A stretch of DNA of 64,000 bases. Source: the human T2T-CHM13v2.0 reference genome, Homo sapiens. The translations under genes and the position numbers were made by a program. The notes beneath the pieces were generated by a model. It made no database searches. It worked only from the letters and a program-made list of their open reading frames with translations, and was not told where the DNA came from. The stretch lies in the NCBI RefSeq assembly GCF_009914755.1, contig NC_060941.1; one strand, 5' to 3'. Positions 14,931 to 29,089 of this stretch are shown here, piece by piece (position 1 is the first letter of the stretch; each line of letters begins with the position of its first letter).

Positions 14931-15219
14931 CTAGCTGAGAAAGCCAATCCCATTTACGAAGCCTGGAAATAACGTTTGTAAAGCGTAAATTATCACCATA
15001 TTTTAACAGGGCTTAAAATATTCTGTCAAGCAGGCTAGAACAATTCCTTCCATCTAATTTTAAATATATTCCATAGTAAAGAAATATGCTGTGGTTAGAC
15101 AAATGTAGCATTGAGCTTATTACTTTGTATATGTTTTCTCTGTTTGAAAACATAGTCCTTATCCTTAGACTTATATCTGAAGAATGTTTAGAATTTTATA
15201 AAACAAGACCATAATCTCG

Positions 15220-15390
15220 ACTGATCTTCACTGTGATCCTGTGAGGTCCTTATTATTATTGTCATCACCAATTTACAGCTTAAGCTCAAAGTGGATTAAG
15301 CAACTTGCCCAGTGATCACATCATTGGTGTATTGCAGAAACACAACTACAACCATGATCTGCAGCTACTAAGTCCAGAAGTATTTCACTA
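15220..15390 (-). mobile_element. MIR fragment
   Basis: cctgtgaggt...attattatt...ttaagcaacttgcccagtgatcaca matches antisense MIR. Confidence 0.6.
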
Positions 15391-15632
15391 GAGGATTAGA
15401 AGTGGTTTTATACTTTCAGTGCTGAAGGCCACAGATCAACTTGAGTCAGCAACTTTTAATCCAAACCTCTTAGGGAAGTATATATTTACTCTGAAAATGT
15501 TTCATATATAAGTGTCTCCTGCTTTCGAGTATCTTTAGGCTCTAATCTATTTTTAAACAGACATAATATAACTGATTTCTTAGGTAAGTATTGTTCATCA
15601 CAAGGAAGACTGTACAAGTATTCCAAATATAT

Positions 15633-16510
15633 TGTCATTCATTCGTTCATACAAAAATACCGAAAATAAGCCTTTACTATGTCCTAAACACTATTCTAGG
15701 TTCTATACACACCCAGTTAAAAAAAATAAAAATAAAAATCAGACAAAAGTCGCTGCTCTTTTGCAGCTCACAATCTAACTTAGGGGAAGATGAAATATAT
15801 AAATAAGTACCATATACAATTTATTTAGTGGTATAAAGTTCTATAGAAGAAAACAAAGTGAGAAATAGAATTAGGGATTGCTGGAGTGCTACTTTAAATA
15901 GCGTTATTTGGGAAGACCTCACTGATAAAACTATATATGACCAGAAACCTAGAAAAATAGCTAAGTAGAGTGACCTATTAGGAGGCTTCTGCAGTATTTT
16001 GGGTGAGAGATGATGATGGCTTGGAACAAAGGAGGGGTCAGTTTAGATAGAGAGAAGTGGTAGAATATAAATACATTTGGAAGACAGAGCCAACAGGATT
16101 CGTTAACAAATTAAATATGGAGTTTGAGAAAAAGGCAGAATATTTGGCCTAAACTCTGATAGGTGAGTGTGAACCTATTAAGGTAGTGAAGACAGAGATA
16201 GGACTAGGTTTGGGAGGGAAAGTTAGGTGTTCAGTATCAGACATACTACATTTTAGGTGTCAATTGGATACCCTATGGAAGAGTCTTATATGCAGGCAGA
16301 TAATTCTGGAGTTTAGAGAAGAGGTCCTGGTTGGAGATTAAAAAAAACAGAGAACTGTCTGTGTATGCAACACATTTAAAGCCATGAAATTTAATGACTT
16401 CTAGGGAGTGTGAATAGATAAAGACAGGGCTCACAGATGGACCCTGGGACATTCATAAGCTTAGAAATTGGAAAGAAGTAGAGCAACCAGAAAAAAAGAC
16501 TGAGATAAAG
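15633..16510 (-). mobile_element. L2 LINE fragment
   Basis: Begins with cattcattc (antisense L2 tail). Also tactatgtcc..cactattctagg, gctcacaatcta, aggaggcttctgcagta..gtgagagatgatgatggcttgga. Confidence 0.75.
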
Positions 16511-16671
16511 ACCAGAAGCCTTTTGCTTAAATACGTAGAGGATATTTTTGAATCAGAGATTATGTGTAGAACCCTTAAACTTTACCTCTGATCCTTAATT
16601 TTATTTATTCTTCCGTATCATGCCCTTTAAAAACAGTGACATAATTCCACATTCCCTTATCTTTACCTTTC

Positions 16672-16988
<317 letters not shown>

Positions 16989-17204
16989 TCTACCTTTCCT
17001 AAGTGATCTCTCCTTTTGCCTGAAATCTCTTGATACTGTAATGAGAATTCCTTGAAGGCATGGAAGAGATTTCACTGAGCTCTGTCTACTCCCCCCAGGT
17101 CCTGCTCAAGGTGTTTGTAAGATGCATGAGAGTGTACAAATCAACTGCTTAAATTCAGAGATTACATCTGCATTATGACTTTATGAATCCTGCTCCTAAC
17201 GTCA

Positions 17205-17370
17205 AATGTGAGTGGAAAAAGTTTGCCAGTTCTTCAAAAAGCTAAAATTTTCATAAGACCCAGAAATTTTACTGCTAGGAATATATACTAAAGAATTGAA
17301 TGCTGGCCCTCAAAAAATACTTGTATACAAATGTTTATACTGGTACTGTTCACAATAACCAAAGGTAGAA
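17205..17370 (+). mobile_element. Old L1M ORF2 3'-end fragment
   Basis: tggaaaaagtttgccagttcttcaaaaagctaaa...tgttcacaataaccaaagg resembles L1 ORF2 C-terminal sequence. Confidence 0.65.
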
Positions 17371-18760
17371 GATGCCAAAAAATCATAATGAGAAAAAGAA
17401 GAGTCTCTTCAATAAACAGTGTTGGGAAATTAGGTATCTACATGCAGAAGAATAACATTAGATTTTCATCTCACACCACACACAAAACTCAACATAGATT
17501 AAAGCTTTAGATGTAAGATCTGAAACTATAAAACTACCAGATGAAAACAGGGGAAAAGCTTCATGACATTGGGCTAGGCAATGGTTTTTTGGATATGACT
17601 CCAAAAGCACAGGCAACAAAAGCACAAATAGACAATGGAATTACACAAAACTAAAAAGCTTCTGCACAGCCAAAGGAACAACAGAATTAAGAGACAATCT
17701 TGAAGGGAAGAAAATATTTGCAAACCATACATCTGATAAGAAGTTAATGCCCAAAACATACAAAGGAACTCAAGCAACTCAAGAAAACAACCCAGTTAAA
17801 AACCAGATAAAGAACCTAAACAGACATTTTCCAAAAGAAGACAAATAACCAACAGGCATATGAAAAAAATACTCAACATCACTAATCATTAGGGAAAGGC
17901 AAATTAAAACTACAATGAGATAACACCTGACACATGTTAGAATGGCTGTTACCAAAAAGACAAATGGTAAGAAGTGTTAGCGAGGATGTGGAGAAAAGGG
18001 AACACTTGCACACTGTAGGTGGTAATGTAAATTAGTGCAGCGATTATGGAAAACAGTATGGACATTTCTCAGTAAATTAGAAACAGAGCTACCATATGAT
18101 TCAACAATCTCACTACTGGCTATACATTAAAAAATGAAATCAGTTTGTCAGAGAGATATCTGCATTGCCATGTTCATTACAGCATCATTTACAATGGCCA
18201 AGATATGGAACCAACCTAAATGACTGTCAGTAGATGAATGGGTAAAGAAAAAGTGCTATATACACAGTGGAATACTAGGCAGCCTTAAAAAAAAATTCCT
18301 GTCGTTTATGACAACATGGATGAGCCCAGAGGGCATTAAGTTGAGTGAAATAAGCCAGGCACAGAAAGACAGATACCACATGATCTAACTTATATATGAA
18401 ACCTAAAAATGTTGTGAACTCATAGAAGCAGAGGATAGAATGGTGGTTATGAGGGGCTTGGAGGGTGGTGGTGGGAGGCATTGGGAAGACGTTGGTCAAA
18501 GGATACAAAATTTCAGTTAGAAAAGAGGGGTAAGTTTAAGAGATCTATTGTACAACATGATGACTATAATTAATAGCAAAGTATTGTATACTCTAAAGTT
18601 GCTAAAAGAGTAGATTTTAAGTGTGCCCACCACAAAAGAAATCTGAAGTATATGAATAATGGTTATGTGAATTAGCTTCATATAGTCATTCCACAATGTA
18701 CACGTATGTCAAAACATCATGGTGTACACCATATGCACAATATTTGTCAATTTTAAAAAG
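17371..18760 (+). mobile_element. L1MA-type LINE-1 3' portion (ORF2 end plus 3'UTR), 5' truncated and decayed
   Basis: L1 ORF2 motifs (ctcttcaataaa, tttgcaaaccatacatctgataag, ctcaacatcactaatcattaggg) followed by an L1MA-type 3'UTR (gtcaaaggatacaaaatttcagttag...agagtagattttaagtg). Confidence 0.9.
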
Positions 18761-18904
18761 ATTAATTTAAAAGAGTTTTTGTATTATTCATATTCCACAA
18801 ATGTAAAAATTTTTATTTAACACTTACAAAATATACATAACAATTACATTTTATGTAAAACATAAAAAATGCAAAATGTGTTTTAATGATTTAGCAATGG
18901 GGAT

Positions 18905-19170
18905 AATACGCATGCATATGTACATAAACATATAGATATCATCTGTTAAACTACCTGTGTATGCGTACCGTATATATGCCTATGTTTATATATATGTATA
19001 TCATAAGCATATGCGTCATACATGCATATATACAGGTGTGCCTATATATGCACATGTATATCTATATTTTTTAACACATTTATATGTGTATATGCATATT
19101 TACACATACATATATTGTATGCATATTCATATATATGAATGCCTATATCCCCATAAATATGTATACATAT
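18905..19170. repeat. TA/TG/CA low-complexity alternating purine-pyrimidine tract
   Basis: Directly visible. It is the source of the spurious 155-aa Y/I/H-rich ORF. Confidence 0.85.
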
Positions 19171-19370
19171 TTTTTTTGAACCATTTGAAAATAAGTTATA
19201 AACATATTACCCCTTTACTCATGTACATGGTATGCATTTCCTATAATCAGGGACATTCTATTGTAATACCACATACAATCATTAAAATCAGCATATTAGT
19301 ATCAATAGTACTAAAACCTAATCTATACCTCTTTTCATATTTCATTACTTGTACTAATATGCTTTTTAGT
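19170..19370 (-). mobile_element. L1MC-type 3' fragment
   Basis: tttttgaaccatttgaaaataagtt...tatgcatttcctataatcagggacattct resembles the antisense L1MC4/5 3' end. Confidence 0.6.
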
Positions 19371-20225
19371 AAAATAAGAAACATTGAGTTAAAACTTATG
19401 AAATGTAATAGAATGGGTAGCTGAAAATTTTTGGACTTTCTCTTGTATCTAGGTCGTTGTATTTTCAAACACTGAGATAATATATTATGCAACATGCCTG
19501 GGGTGGATGAAGAATGGATTCAGGAATTAAATTCATTCAGTTACTTAATCCCAAATGTGGGTGCTTTTACATTGTGAAACTATTAATCACTCTAAGAATA
19601 GAAGGAGGGCCAAAAAAACGATTGTAAAGTCCTGAATATCTTTCAGCCTAAAAAGTGTTCTCTGTTGACTTTTTCTTTGATCATGAAAATCTACAAGCAA
19701 CCATAAAATTTTACTGGAGTTATAATTATTTGAAACTTTCATGGTGTCTCTAAAACACTTTATAATAGCCTCAAGTATCATAAGTTGATATTATTTCTAC
19801 TTTTCCACTTATAATGAAAATAAGAATTGTGACTTTTATTCATCATTTCCACATGAAAAAACAGTAGAAAAAAATGGTGTGTTTATTCACCTTGAAAATG
19901 CCCAGCTGGGGTTTATTAACCACACTTCAGCTACTCATCTTTGTGATGCTCAAATATAGATAAGATAAAATCACAAAGACCTCCCAGATGACAAGTCCAG
20001 CAAGGTCATTAGATCAGAGGGAAGCTGAGTATTCTGTGACTGTTTTATAGTCAACAACAAAGTATTTATGTTCACGATGTAAGTTATTTGAGTATTTTAG
20101 CAAATTGAAACCTACAGCCAGTTTTACACCACCATCTATGATCTGATTGGCATATTCTCTCAATAGGGGGTACCAATACTGCAAACTCATGTTCACAAAA
20201 GCCTTACATAATGAGATTTTCTACA

Positions 20226-20226
<1 letters not shown>

Positions 20227-20262
<36 letters not shown>
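20227..20262. repeat. (AC)18 microsatellite
   Basis: Directly visible. Confidence 0.97.
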
Positions 20263-20266
<4 letters not shown>

Positions 20267-20312
20267 ATATACATGCACAAATATATTCAATCCTTAAATA
20301 AGGCTTACTCAT

Positions 20313-20313
<1 letters not shown>

Positions 20314-20372
<59 letters not shown>
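20314..20372. repeat. (TATC)14+ tetranucleotide microsatellite
   Basis: Directly visible pure array. Confidence 0.97.
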
Positions 20373-20715
20373 GTGTCCATCTTTATAGTCTGCTCTAAGC
20401 AACAGAAATGAATCATACCCTTTGTAAAGACAGGGACCCAAAAGAGCGTACTGTGTCTTTCACCATATGGCACTCACAGTCTAGTTGGGATCACTGGACT
20501 GTAAAGAGAGGAACCACAAGCCAACATCAATAGTTCTTTAACACAGATCTGAACTGAGTGTCATGGGGTCATGAAGAAGAGCCTGGGTGAAACTGCCTGG
20601 ATTTATCTAGAAAAGTGTCACAGAGAAGGGAATATCTGGACTGTGAAATCTTGATGGCTGAACAAGAGTATCTTAGGGAAAAAGTATTGGGAGGGACATT
20701 TATAAACAGAAGAAA

Positions 20716-20746
<31 letters not shown>

Positions 20747-21303
20747 CAGAGATATACATACACACATCTGTATGTAAATATATAGATGTGTAGTATGTGT
20801 GTATGTAATATATAGGTAAAGGTGATGGTATAGGTAAAAGATAATGGTGGCTAGTCCATACAAACAAAATACATTTTAGGGGTTCAGGAAAACTACAGGA
20901 TCCAGAGTACAAGATAAATGAAATCAAATTCTTTCTGATTTCATGGCTTCCTCTGGGAAGCGGTGAGTAACAGCCACAACCCCTTCAAAAGGGAATTTTA
21001 AAGAATATTGGATGCATCAGCTGCCATACTCTGTATCACATCCCTCATTACACTGGTCAAAGTTGATTGTAAAACAAATGGACATCACACCCCAAAATGA
21101 TTAAGCACTAAATGGGAAGGTGGTCCACTAATTGGCCTAGCAAAGCAAATTGACCCATCCTACATGATGATGGGTGAATCACTTTGAGTCTTTCAGCTTC
21201 TTTTTTGTTCTGCTGTCAGTCTTTCATCCCTCTGTACAGAGTCTGGTCAGAGACAAAACATAAACCAGAAGCGATGTGATGGAGAGATAAGAGTGATATA
21301 TTT

Positions 21304-21376
21304 TATAGCAGACTATAAAAATAGATAGTGAGTAAGCCTTATTTATTTAAGGATTGAATATATTTGTGCATGTATA

Positions 21377-21414
<38 letters not shown>

Positions 21415-21491
21415 AAATCTCATTATAAAAGGCTTTTGGGAACATGTGTTTGCAGTACTGGTATCCCCTATTGAGAGAATATGCCAATTAG
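21304..21491 (-). repeat. Inverted duplication 1, right arm (contains (TG)16 at 21379-21410)
   Basis: Reverse complement of 20143-20397, lacking the TATC expansion. Confidence 0.95.
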
Positions 21492-21936
21492 CTAAGAGGG
21501 ATGTAAAAGCTATGGAGTGAGTATTTTCCTGGCTTTGTCGCCCATGACTCCTCATTCAGCCCCTTCTACCCACACCTGACCATGCTGGGCCCGAACTTTC
21601 TTTGGACTCCACACTCGCTCTCCCCACTGCCTGCATGGTGAATTTCCTCCACTTCATCAGGTCTTTTTGGCAACGTTACCATCTCAGGGAATCCTCAGTG
21701 AAGTGAGACACCTCTTGTCATCCTGTCTAAAGTTCTACCCTTCGCAGATTTCGAAGTCCCCTTTCCTGCCCCCTTCATTTTTCCTTAGCTTGTATCACTA
21801 TGGAACATGCCACATCTCATTCTCCATCCCTGTTTTGTTTTGCCTCTATTTTGCATTAGAAAGTAAGCTCTGTGGGTGCAGAATATGAATCTGCTGTGTT
21901 CATGGCTCTATTCTGTGTTCACTGTTCGTTGCCTAA

Positions 21937-22288
<352 letters not shown>

Positions 22289-22294
22289 CCGGAC

Positions 22295-22755
22295 ACAGAT
22301 TCATCTTCTACTCTTCTGCTTTGCTCTGTGCCCTGGGAGGTAGACTCCTTTGGACTGGATCCCTTGTCAAATAGGTTCTGGGTGCTTCCAGCCAATGGGA
22401 GGTACTGTGAAGTGAGTGTAGGGAGGGAGGAGAGAGAGGTTGTGGTATTTCTCTGCCCCATCATTGCTTCCGTTCATCTCGAGCAGTAGCTGCATTCCTC
22501 CACAATTCCTGCCAGGTATTCTGTTCATCTGGGGTTGCAGCTCTAACTTGGCTCAAATAAAAGCAATTCTTCCTTTAATTCCTTCCACCCTGGAGGTGTA
22601 ATGGCTTCCTGCTGCTCCTAATCTCTAAGCACTGCATCCTCTCTAGATTTATACTTGTAACCCTATCTACATATCATTAAGTAGACCCTTCGTTAAAATC
22701 TCTTCATTTGTACCATCTGCAATGAGTTCTCTTTCCTGCCAGGACTCTGACTGAT
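22295..22755 (+). mobile_element. LTR33-like solo LTR (ERVL)
   Basis: ctctgtgccctgggagg, cagccaatgggagg, aatggcttcctgctg, and 3' end ttcctgccaggactctgactgat. Confidence 0.7.
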
Positions 22756-23067
22756 TAAAAAAAAAAAAAAAAAAACTCAATAAAGACTTGTTGAAAGGCT
22801 GCTGAATGAATGAAAAGTCTTGGCATCCTTTGGAAATTTGACTGATTGACTTTGGCACTGGAACAGCCATGGAAGAGACACTAAAGGAGGAAAGGCTAGA
22901 AGTCAGCACCAAGAAGATAACTCTGGTATGCCTTGCCAATCCTCGACTGTGTGTATATGTGTGTATGTAACGCAATAGCCACTGGTTAAGGAGTGATTAA
23001 TTCAGTCCACCAGCAAACTACTTGTCTTCATTATGCCCATTGATTTGTCTTGTTATTTTGTGTTTAG

Positions 23068-23472
<405 letters not shown>

Positions 23473-23539
23473 TGATTGTGCTTGTATGTGAGGTGGCAGA
23501 GTAAGGAAAGCATTTAAATCATTGTTGAATTCTAACTTT

Positions 23540-23690
23540 CTACTGATTAACTTGCCTAGCTTTTCTGAGCTTACTCATCTAGAAAATTGACAGAAACTCC
23601 ATGGAGAAGTTATAAATACATATAAAGATATGACTTATGTAAAGTGCTTACCACGGTGCACGACATAGTATTTGCTCAATAAATGTTCAT
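23540..23690 (+). mobile_element. MIR fragment
   Basis: tatgtaaagtgcttaccacggtgcacgacatagta..gctcaataaatg is a MIR 3' end. Confidence 0.65.
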
Positions 23691-25485
23691 TTCTCTCCTG
23701 TTTTTCTCTCCTGTTTCATTTTCTTTGTCTCTCTTCTTTCTTATTGAAGTTCCACAAATAAACTGGGATCAGAGTGATTTGCTTCTGCTAATTTTTTAAA
23801 TTTCCTCAAATATGTAAAAAGTCTTTGCAATACTATTCTAGGTTAGGAAAAATAAGGGATTTATAACTTCAGGAATTTCAGCTATAACAGAAGTTTACAA
23901 GAAACAGAGGGAATCAGAGACAGACTCTGAATTGTCATTCTCCCAAGATGAGACCTCCAGAAAGGTATGCTCCACGCAGTGCAATCAACTTGGTATGCCT
24001 GATTGCTTGGCAAGTTAAGCAATATTCCACAGGCATTAGAGTTACATACCATGGGCTCAAAATGGATCCCATTTCAAGATATCGAACAAGGGAAACTTGG
24101 CTGCTTTTCTTTGCCATAGGGGAAAATAGAGAGGCCATCTTGAGACATTATTGGTATAAAATTGTTACTTACAGCTTTTAAAATTTACCACTCTAGGGGC
24201 ATGTTAAGACATACAGACATATTTTCACTCCAACATACACCTTTCTTGTCTTCTTTTTTTTCCTTTGGTTAGCTTATAAAGCAAAGAACATTCTATAGAG
24301 GTAGGGGAGCATTCCAGTTTTCTATTCCAAAAAATTTGACACACTACAGGATAGAATAACAGATCTGGATGCATTTTCAAAGAAAATGCTGTTTAGGAAC
24401 ATACAAAACCCATATGTCCTTTCACTGCAAGACAGTCTGCAACAAGATCATGGTATGTGTGCACTGAGTTGATTTTCTTGTGCTCCTTGTGTACTTTTTG
24501 GGCTAAAGCAAAGGGAATCATCCAACACATTATAAAGCTGCAATGATCACCATCTATATTGTTAATGATAGCTGTCAAATGAGGCTGATGTGATTGTGGA
24601 GACAAAACCAGCCCTGAAGTGTAAAGACCAGAGGGGTGGCAATAAGATATTTAAATCACACACAGAACAAAACAAAAATATTAGCATGTCTCACATTAAC
24701 ACCTTTGCTTGGGTCTTGCAGAAATGTTTGCCACGCTAACCCAAACTTGTGTCTTTAAATCCTGCCCTATGCTGCCTTCATTTGTCAAATGCTCATATTG
24801 CGCTAGTCAGCATAATATTATCTTCTTCTTGAGCACTAATTCCTAACTCCAGGGAGAATCAATGTCTGTACAGATATATTGGAAGCCCCTCTAGCTTTTT
24901 ATTGCACTCATCAATTTACATGATTCTTATCATTTAACCAAACTGTAAGCCACGGGAAGGCAGGAACCATGCCAAGTTATCGCGACGTCTTCCACCTCTA
25001 CTAATGCCTTACATATAGTAGATGTTCAGAGAACTAATCTACCATGACTGAAACAAACACTCCACAGAGTTTTGGTTTTTGACTTTTGTTTCTGTTTTTG
25101 TTTTCCAGTAGCAGGATGTTTGGATTTGTGGAGACACTAGCTGGATTTAAGGTTGTGTTCTGTGAAATTTATCTCAGGAGCATACTCGGAGGGTTCAGTG
25201 TAAACTTCAAATCAATGTTCGTCACATTCTTTAGAGGATCTCACTTCTGTGCAAAAGTGCTACACGTGAGGGTGCCAACAAAATTAATAAATTAGTGTCT
25301 CAGATTTTTGGAGTAGCTCTAAATATATGACCTTTTTCTTAAGGGAAAAGCCCTACCTGCTGGTGGGGTTAAGAAATGGTCACAATGATAACCTACTTAT
25401 TGTCTTTCTTGTCACTGTAGTTATCCCTGACTGGTGGGCAATATTTACCGATGCCCTGGCAGCCATATCTTCCTGTTAATATTCT

Positions 25486-25776
25486 GGCCGGGTGTGGTGG
25501 CTCATGCCATAATCCCAGCACTTTGGGAGGCCAAGGCAGGCAGGTCACTTGAGATCAGGAGTTCGAGACCAGCCTGGCCAACAGGGTGAAACCCCGTCTC
25601 TACTAAAAACACAAAAAATTGGCCAGGCATGGTGGTAGTCAGTCCAAGCTACTCGGGAGGCTGAGGTAGAAGAATTCCTTGAACCTGGAAAGTGGAGGTT
25701 GCAGTGAGCCAAGATTACATCACCACACTCCAGCCTGGATGACAGAGCGAGATTCTGTACAAAAATAAAAAAATAA
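25486..25776 (+). mobile_element. Alu (AluS-like)
   Basis: GGCCGGGTGTGGTGGCTCA start, A-rich tail, TSD aatattct. Confidence 0.95.
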
Positions 25777-26036
25777 AATATTCTATAAATTCAAAAATAA
25801 ATTTGAAGATATAAGCCACATTATAATAATTAAAGTTGCTATGTTCTCACAATGCCAAATTATCAAATCTTTTGGATTTTATTCCCTAAACGACTTTCAA
25901 TCCATTACTTTCTTCTATATTGCTCCTAGGCCTAGTCACCAGTGCTTCTCACCTGGACAACTAGACACCCTTAGCAGGTCCCATCTCAATCTCTACTGCC
26001 TCTTCAATCCCCTTGTCCATACTTTAGATGGAATGA

Positions 26037-26319
26037 TTTTTTTTTTTTTTTTTTTGAGACAGGATTTCGCTCCTTAGCCCAGGCTGAAGTGCCGTGGTAT
26101 AAGCTCGACCCACTGCAGCCTTGACTTCTTGGGCTCAGGTGATCCTCCCATCTCCCAAGTAGCTGGGACTCCAGGCACATGCCACCACAGCCCACTAATT
26201 TTTTTAGAGATGAGGTCTCACTATGTTCAAGCTGGTTTCAAACTCCTGAACTCAAGTGATCCCCCTACTCCAGCCTCCCAAAGTGCTGGGATTACAGGCA
26301 TGAGACCCCATACCTGGCC
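26037..26319 (-). mobile_element. Alu (AluJ-like) inserted in an L2 relic (~25850-26520)
   Basis: Poly-T, antisense body, TSD gaatgat(c/t)ttt. Confidence 0.93.
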
Positions 26320-26544
26320 CAGAATGATCTTTTGAAATAAAGGTAAGTCTCATAATGTCACCTCACCTCTGCTCCTGTACCTACTTCATTTCATTTACTT
26401 TAAAATATTTAGTGGCTTTGTAGACCCCAATTCCTGACTCACTTTACAATGCTCTGTGTATATAATCTGCCTCCCCAGCCTTCTCTCCTGCCAAAACCCT
26501 CCTCATTTGCTGTGTTCTAGGCATACCAACTCCTAAACTTTCAC

Positions 26545-26707
26545 ATACATCATCATCATCGGGGAAGCTTAGCAAAACAGATTCCTGCGCCCTAGACCCC
26601 AGGCAGTCTCATTCAGTAAGTCTGGGATGGGACCTAAGAATTCGCAAAGGACAAGTCCCAGGTGATGCTGAGGCTGCTCCAGGGATTGCGCTTTGGGAAA
26701 TACATGG
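26545..26707. mobile_element. MER5A-like hAT MITE
   Basis: cagattcctg..cc, tcattcagtaagtctgggatgggacctaagaatt, acaagtcccaggtgatgctgaggctgct. Confidence 0.75.
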
Positions 26708-27749
26708 CTTCGACCTCTGCTAACTCTTTTTTCCAGAGAATCCTTTACAACCTGCCTGAGCAGGATCCAGATCCCTGCTTTATCCCATCACAGGTCACCA
26801 TGTAAGTCTGACGCAGCTTCTATGACCGCCATAATATTGCCTTTGTGTGATCATTTGGTTATCTCTACCCCCAGATGTCAGTATAAGTACCATAAGTAGC
26901 TCACTATGTTTAAATCAGATTCCCTTTATTGGGATCCTCTAAAGAATATTCATACAGGACAAAATAATTTTAAATATTGGGTAATTATGGAGAAGCCCAT
27001 CTACACATCTTTCCCCAAAACTATTGTCATCAATCTTTAAGATCCATTACTTGTTCATTTGGCAAAATATCATGACATGTTTCTCTGTGCCCGCATAGCA
27101 GATGCCAGTCAATGTCCTGCTCACTCACATTCCTGTGTTCTTATTATTTCAGTGAATGCTGTCAACATCAAACTGCCAAATCCTGCTTCCCTTCTCTCCA
27201 TGGGCCTTGGCTTTGTCTTGCACCCAAAGCACATTTTGCCACCTAACTGGTAGAAGTAATTGACTTTGATTATCATGAAGAAATAACATTATAAAATGGA
27301 ACCAGGAGCACATATAGAACTCAGGACACTCACTGAACGTATCCTGCTGATTCCATGCCTGGCTATACTTTAGACAGAATGATTTTGTTGCATTCTTGCA
27401 ATTGCAAGAATGTACGATTGCAGCAGTTACAGCGCGACAAGGGCAAAGCGACCAAAGGTTCAGACCTTTCGATCTCCCGTGGTAAAGGTCTCAGCCTTCT
27501 ACTTGGCAAGGCATCCTAGACTAGCGGAAATGGACAAGGATGAGGGATGTCTAGAATGGGTAGAAAAGAGAGAAGAAAAGGAATATTGATGGCAGCCTTG
27601 AAACCAACTGAAGCAGATAATGGTTTCTCTCACTATCCCTCCTGTTGTATGTTATTTAATCATTTAATAAACACTGTCTGTCCACCACCTTGAAAGATCA
27701 ATACAGGATAGAATGAAATTAACACAGGGCATGCAGAGATCTGAGCAGG

Positions 27750-28225
27750 TGGATTTTAGTGGATGACTTTAGTGCCCCATCAACATCTCACCTTCCTTAC
27801 CACTTCAGTGCAGCTGCCGGCACCTGCACTTCTTTGAGGGTTTTTCTTGCTGTAGAGACTGCTTTGCTGCCAGCATGGCAAACTGCAGTAGAGAATTAAA
27901 AACCCCTAGAAGCAGCTCTCAATGTAAGTGATTGGAGTTTGTCTATGATTTCCCTCGGTGACCTCACCCTCCTTGGGGAGTGACTCTAAGTCATGTGGTT
28001 TTATTAATTTGATCTGAAACTCCGATTCCTAGAGTTTTCCCCATAGGATTAATCTCTGTGTACCCACACTTGTTACTGGCTTGGCAATGCACTCTTTCTT
28101 GGCTGCTTTCCCTTCCTTGTCTTTCTTCCTTACTCCCCCATGGATGTTTTCTTTCACCCTCCAAATAAAATAATTTTATTCAAATCTTTGAGTTAGTTTC
28201 TACTCCTGGGGAACCCAAACTTATG
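27750..28225 (+). mobile_element. LTR16-like solo LTR (ERVL)
   Basis: gaagcagctctcaa...cttcccttccttgtct...ctccaaataaa...ctggggaacccaaact matches the LTR16 3' end. Confidence 0.7.
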
Positions 28226-28482
28226 TAGTCTGGGGCTTGTCATCAGGTCATACTGTTGGCTGTTGCCCAGGAAATGGTGTAGATCTGGACTTTAGGTCAA
28301 TGACCTTCCCAGAAAATATGGACAGAAAGACATAATACTCATAACTTTAGTGGCAGAAATCCACATCCCTACTCTCTTTCAAGGCCACCTGTGAATTGCG
28401 TTGTCAGGCTTCAGCAGGTGATTTTTGGGTTTCTGGCATATTACCTAGATCCTTATGAGACATAATAGATTATAGAAAAGAA

Positions 28483-28788
<306 letters not shown>

Positions 28789-29089
28789 TCATGCTCTTGT
28801 CAGGTGATTGCCTCACAATGCAGGTGGCAATGGGACAGAAAGCATTATTATTTTTTTTCCTTCTTAGATTTTTTTTTCAAATGCTGACTCTTTCTTAAAA
28901 TTTCCCAATGCAGTTTATGACATTCTCTAGTTGTAAATTTATTCTTTTGTTATTTTAAAGGACAATATGTATTGATACAGGAATTAGATCAATCAACTAT
29001 AGCAATAAACTCAGTTTATATCATTTTCTTGGAGTTAAGATACATATTTCAGACCTTAAATCCTATAATCAGTATTAAGTGCTAAGGGT

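Larger units (their letters stand above)
20143..20397 (+). repeat. Inverted duplication 1, left arm
   Basis: Reverse complement of 21304-21491. Hand alignment gives 7 mismatches in the first ~83 nt and near identity after the CA tract. Confidence 0.95.

Noticed and set aside
18957-19424. Longest ORF (155 aa)
   Set aside because: Translation of a TA/CA low-complexity tract plus an L1 fragment, with Y/I/H-biased composition and no domain.
20314-20372. Possible core forensic STR
   Set aside because: The flanks do not match those I recall for the common TCTA/GATA forensic loci, so no marker name is assigned.
23948-23964. 17-nt micro-exon-like segment (cattctcccaag|ATGAG...AAAG|gtatgc)
   Set aside because: Too short and unsupported; such site pairs are common by chance.
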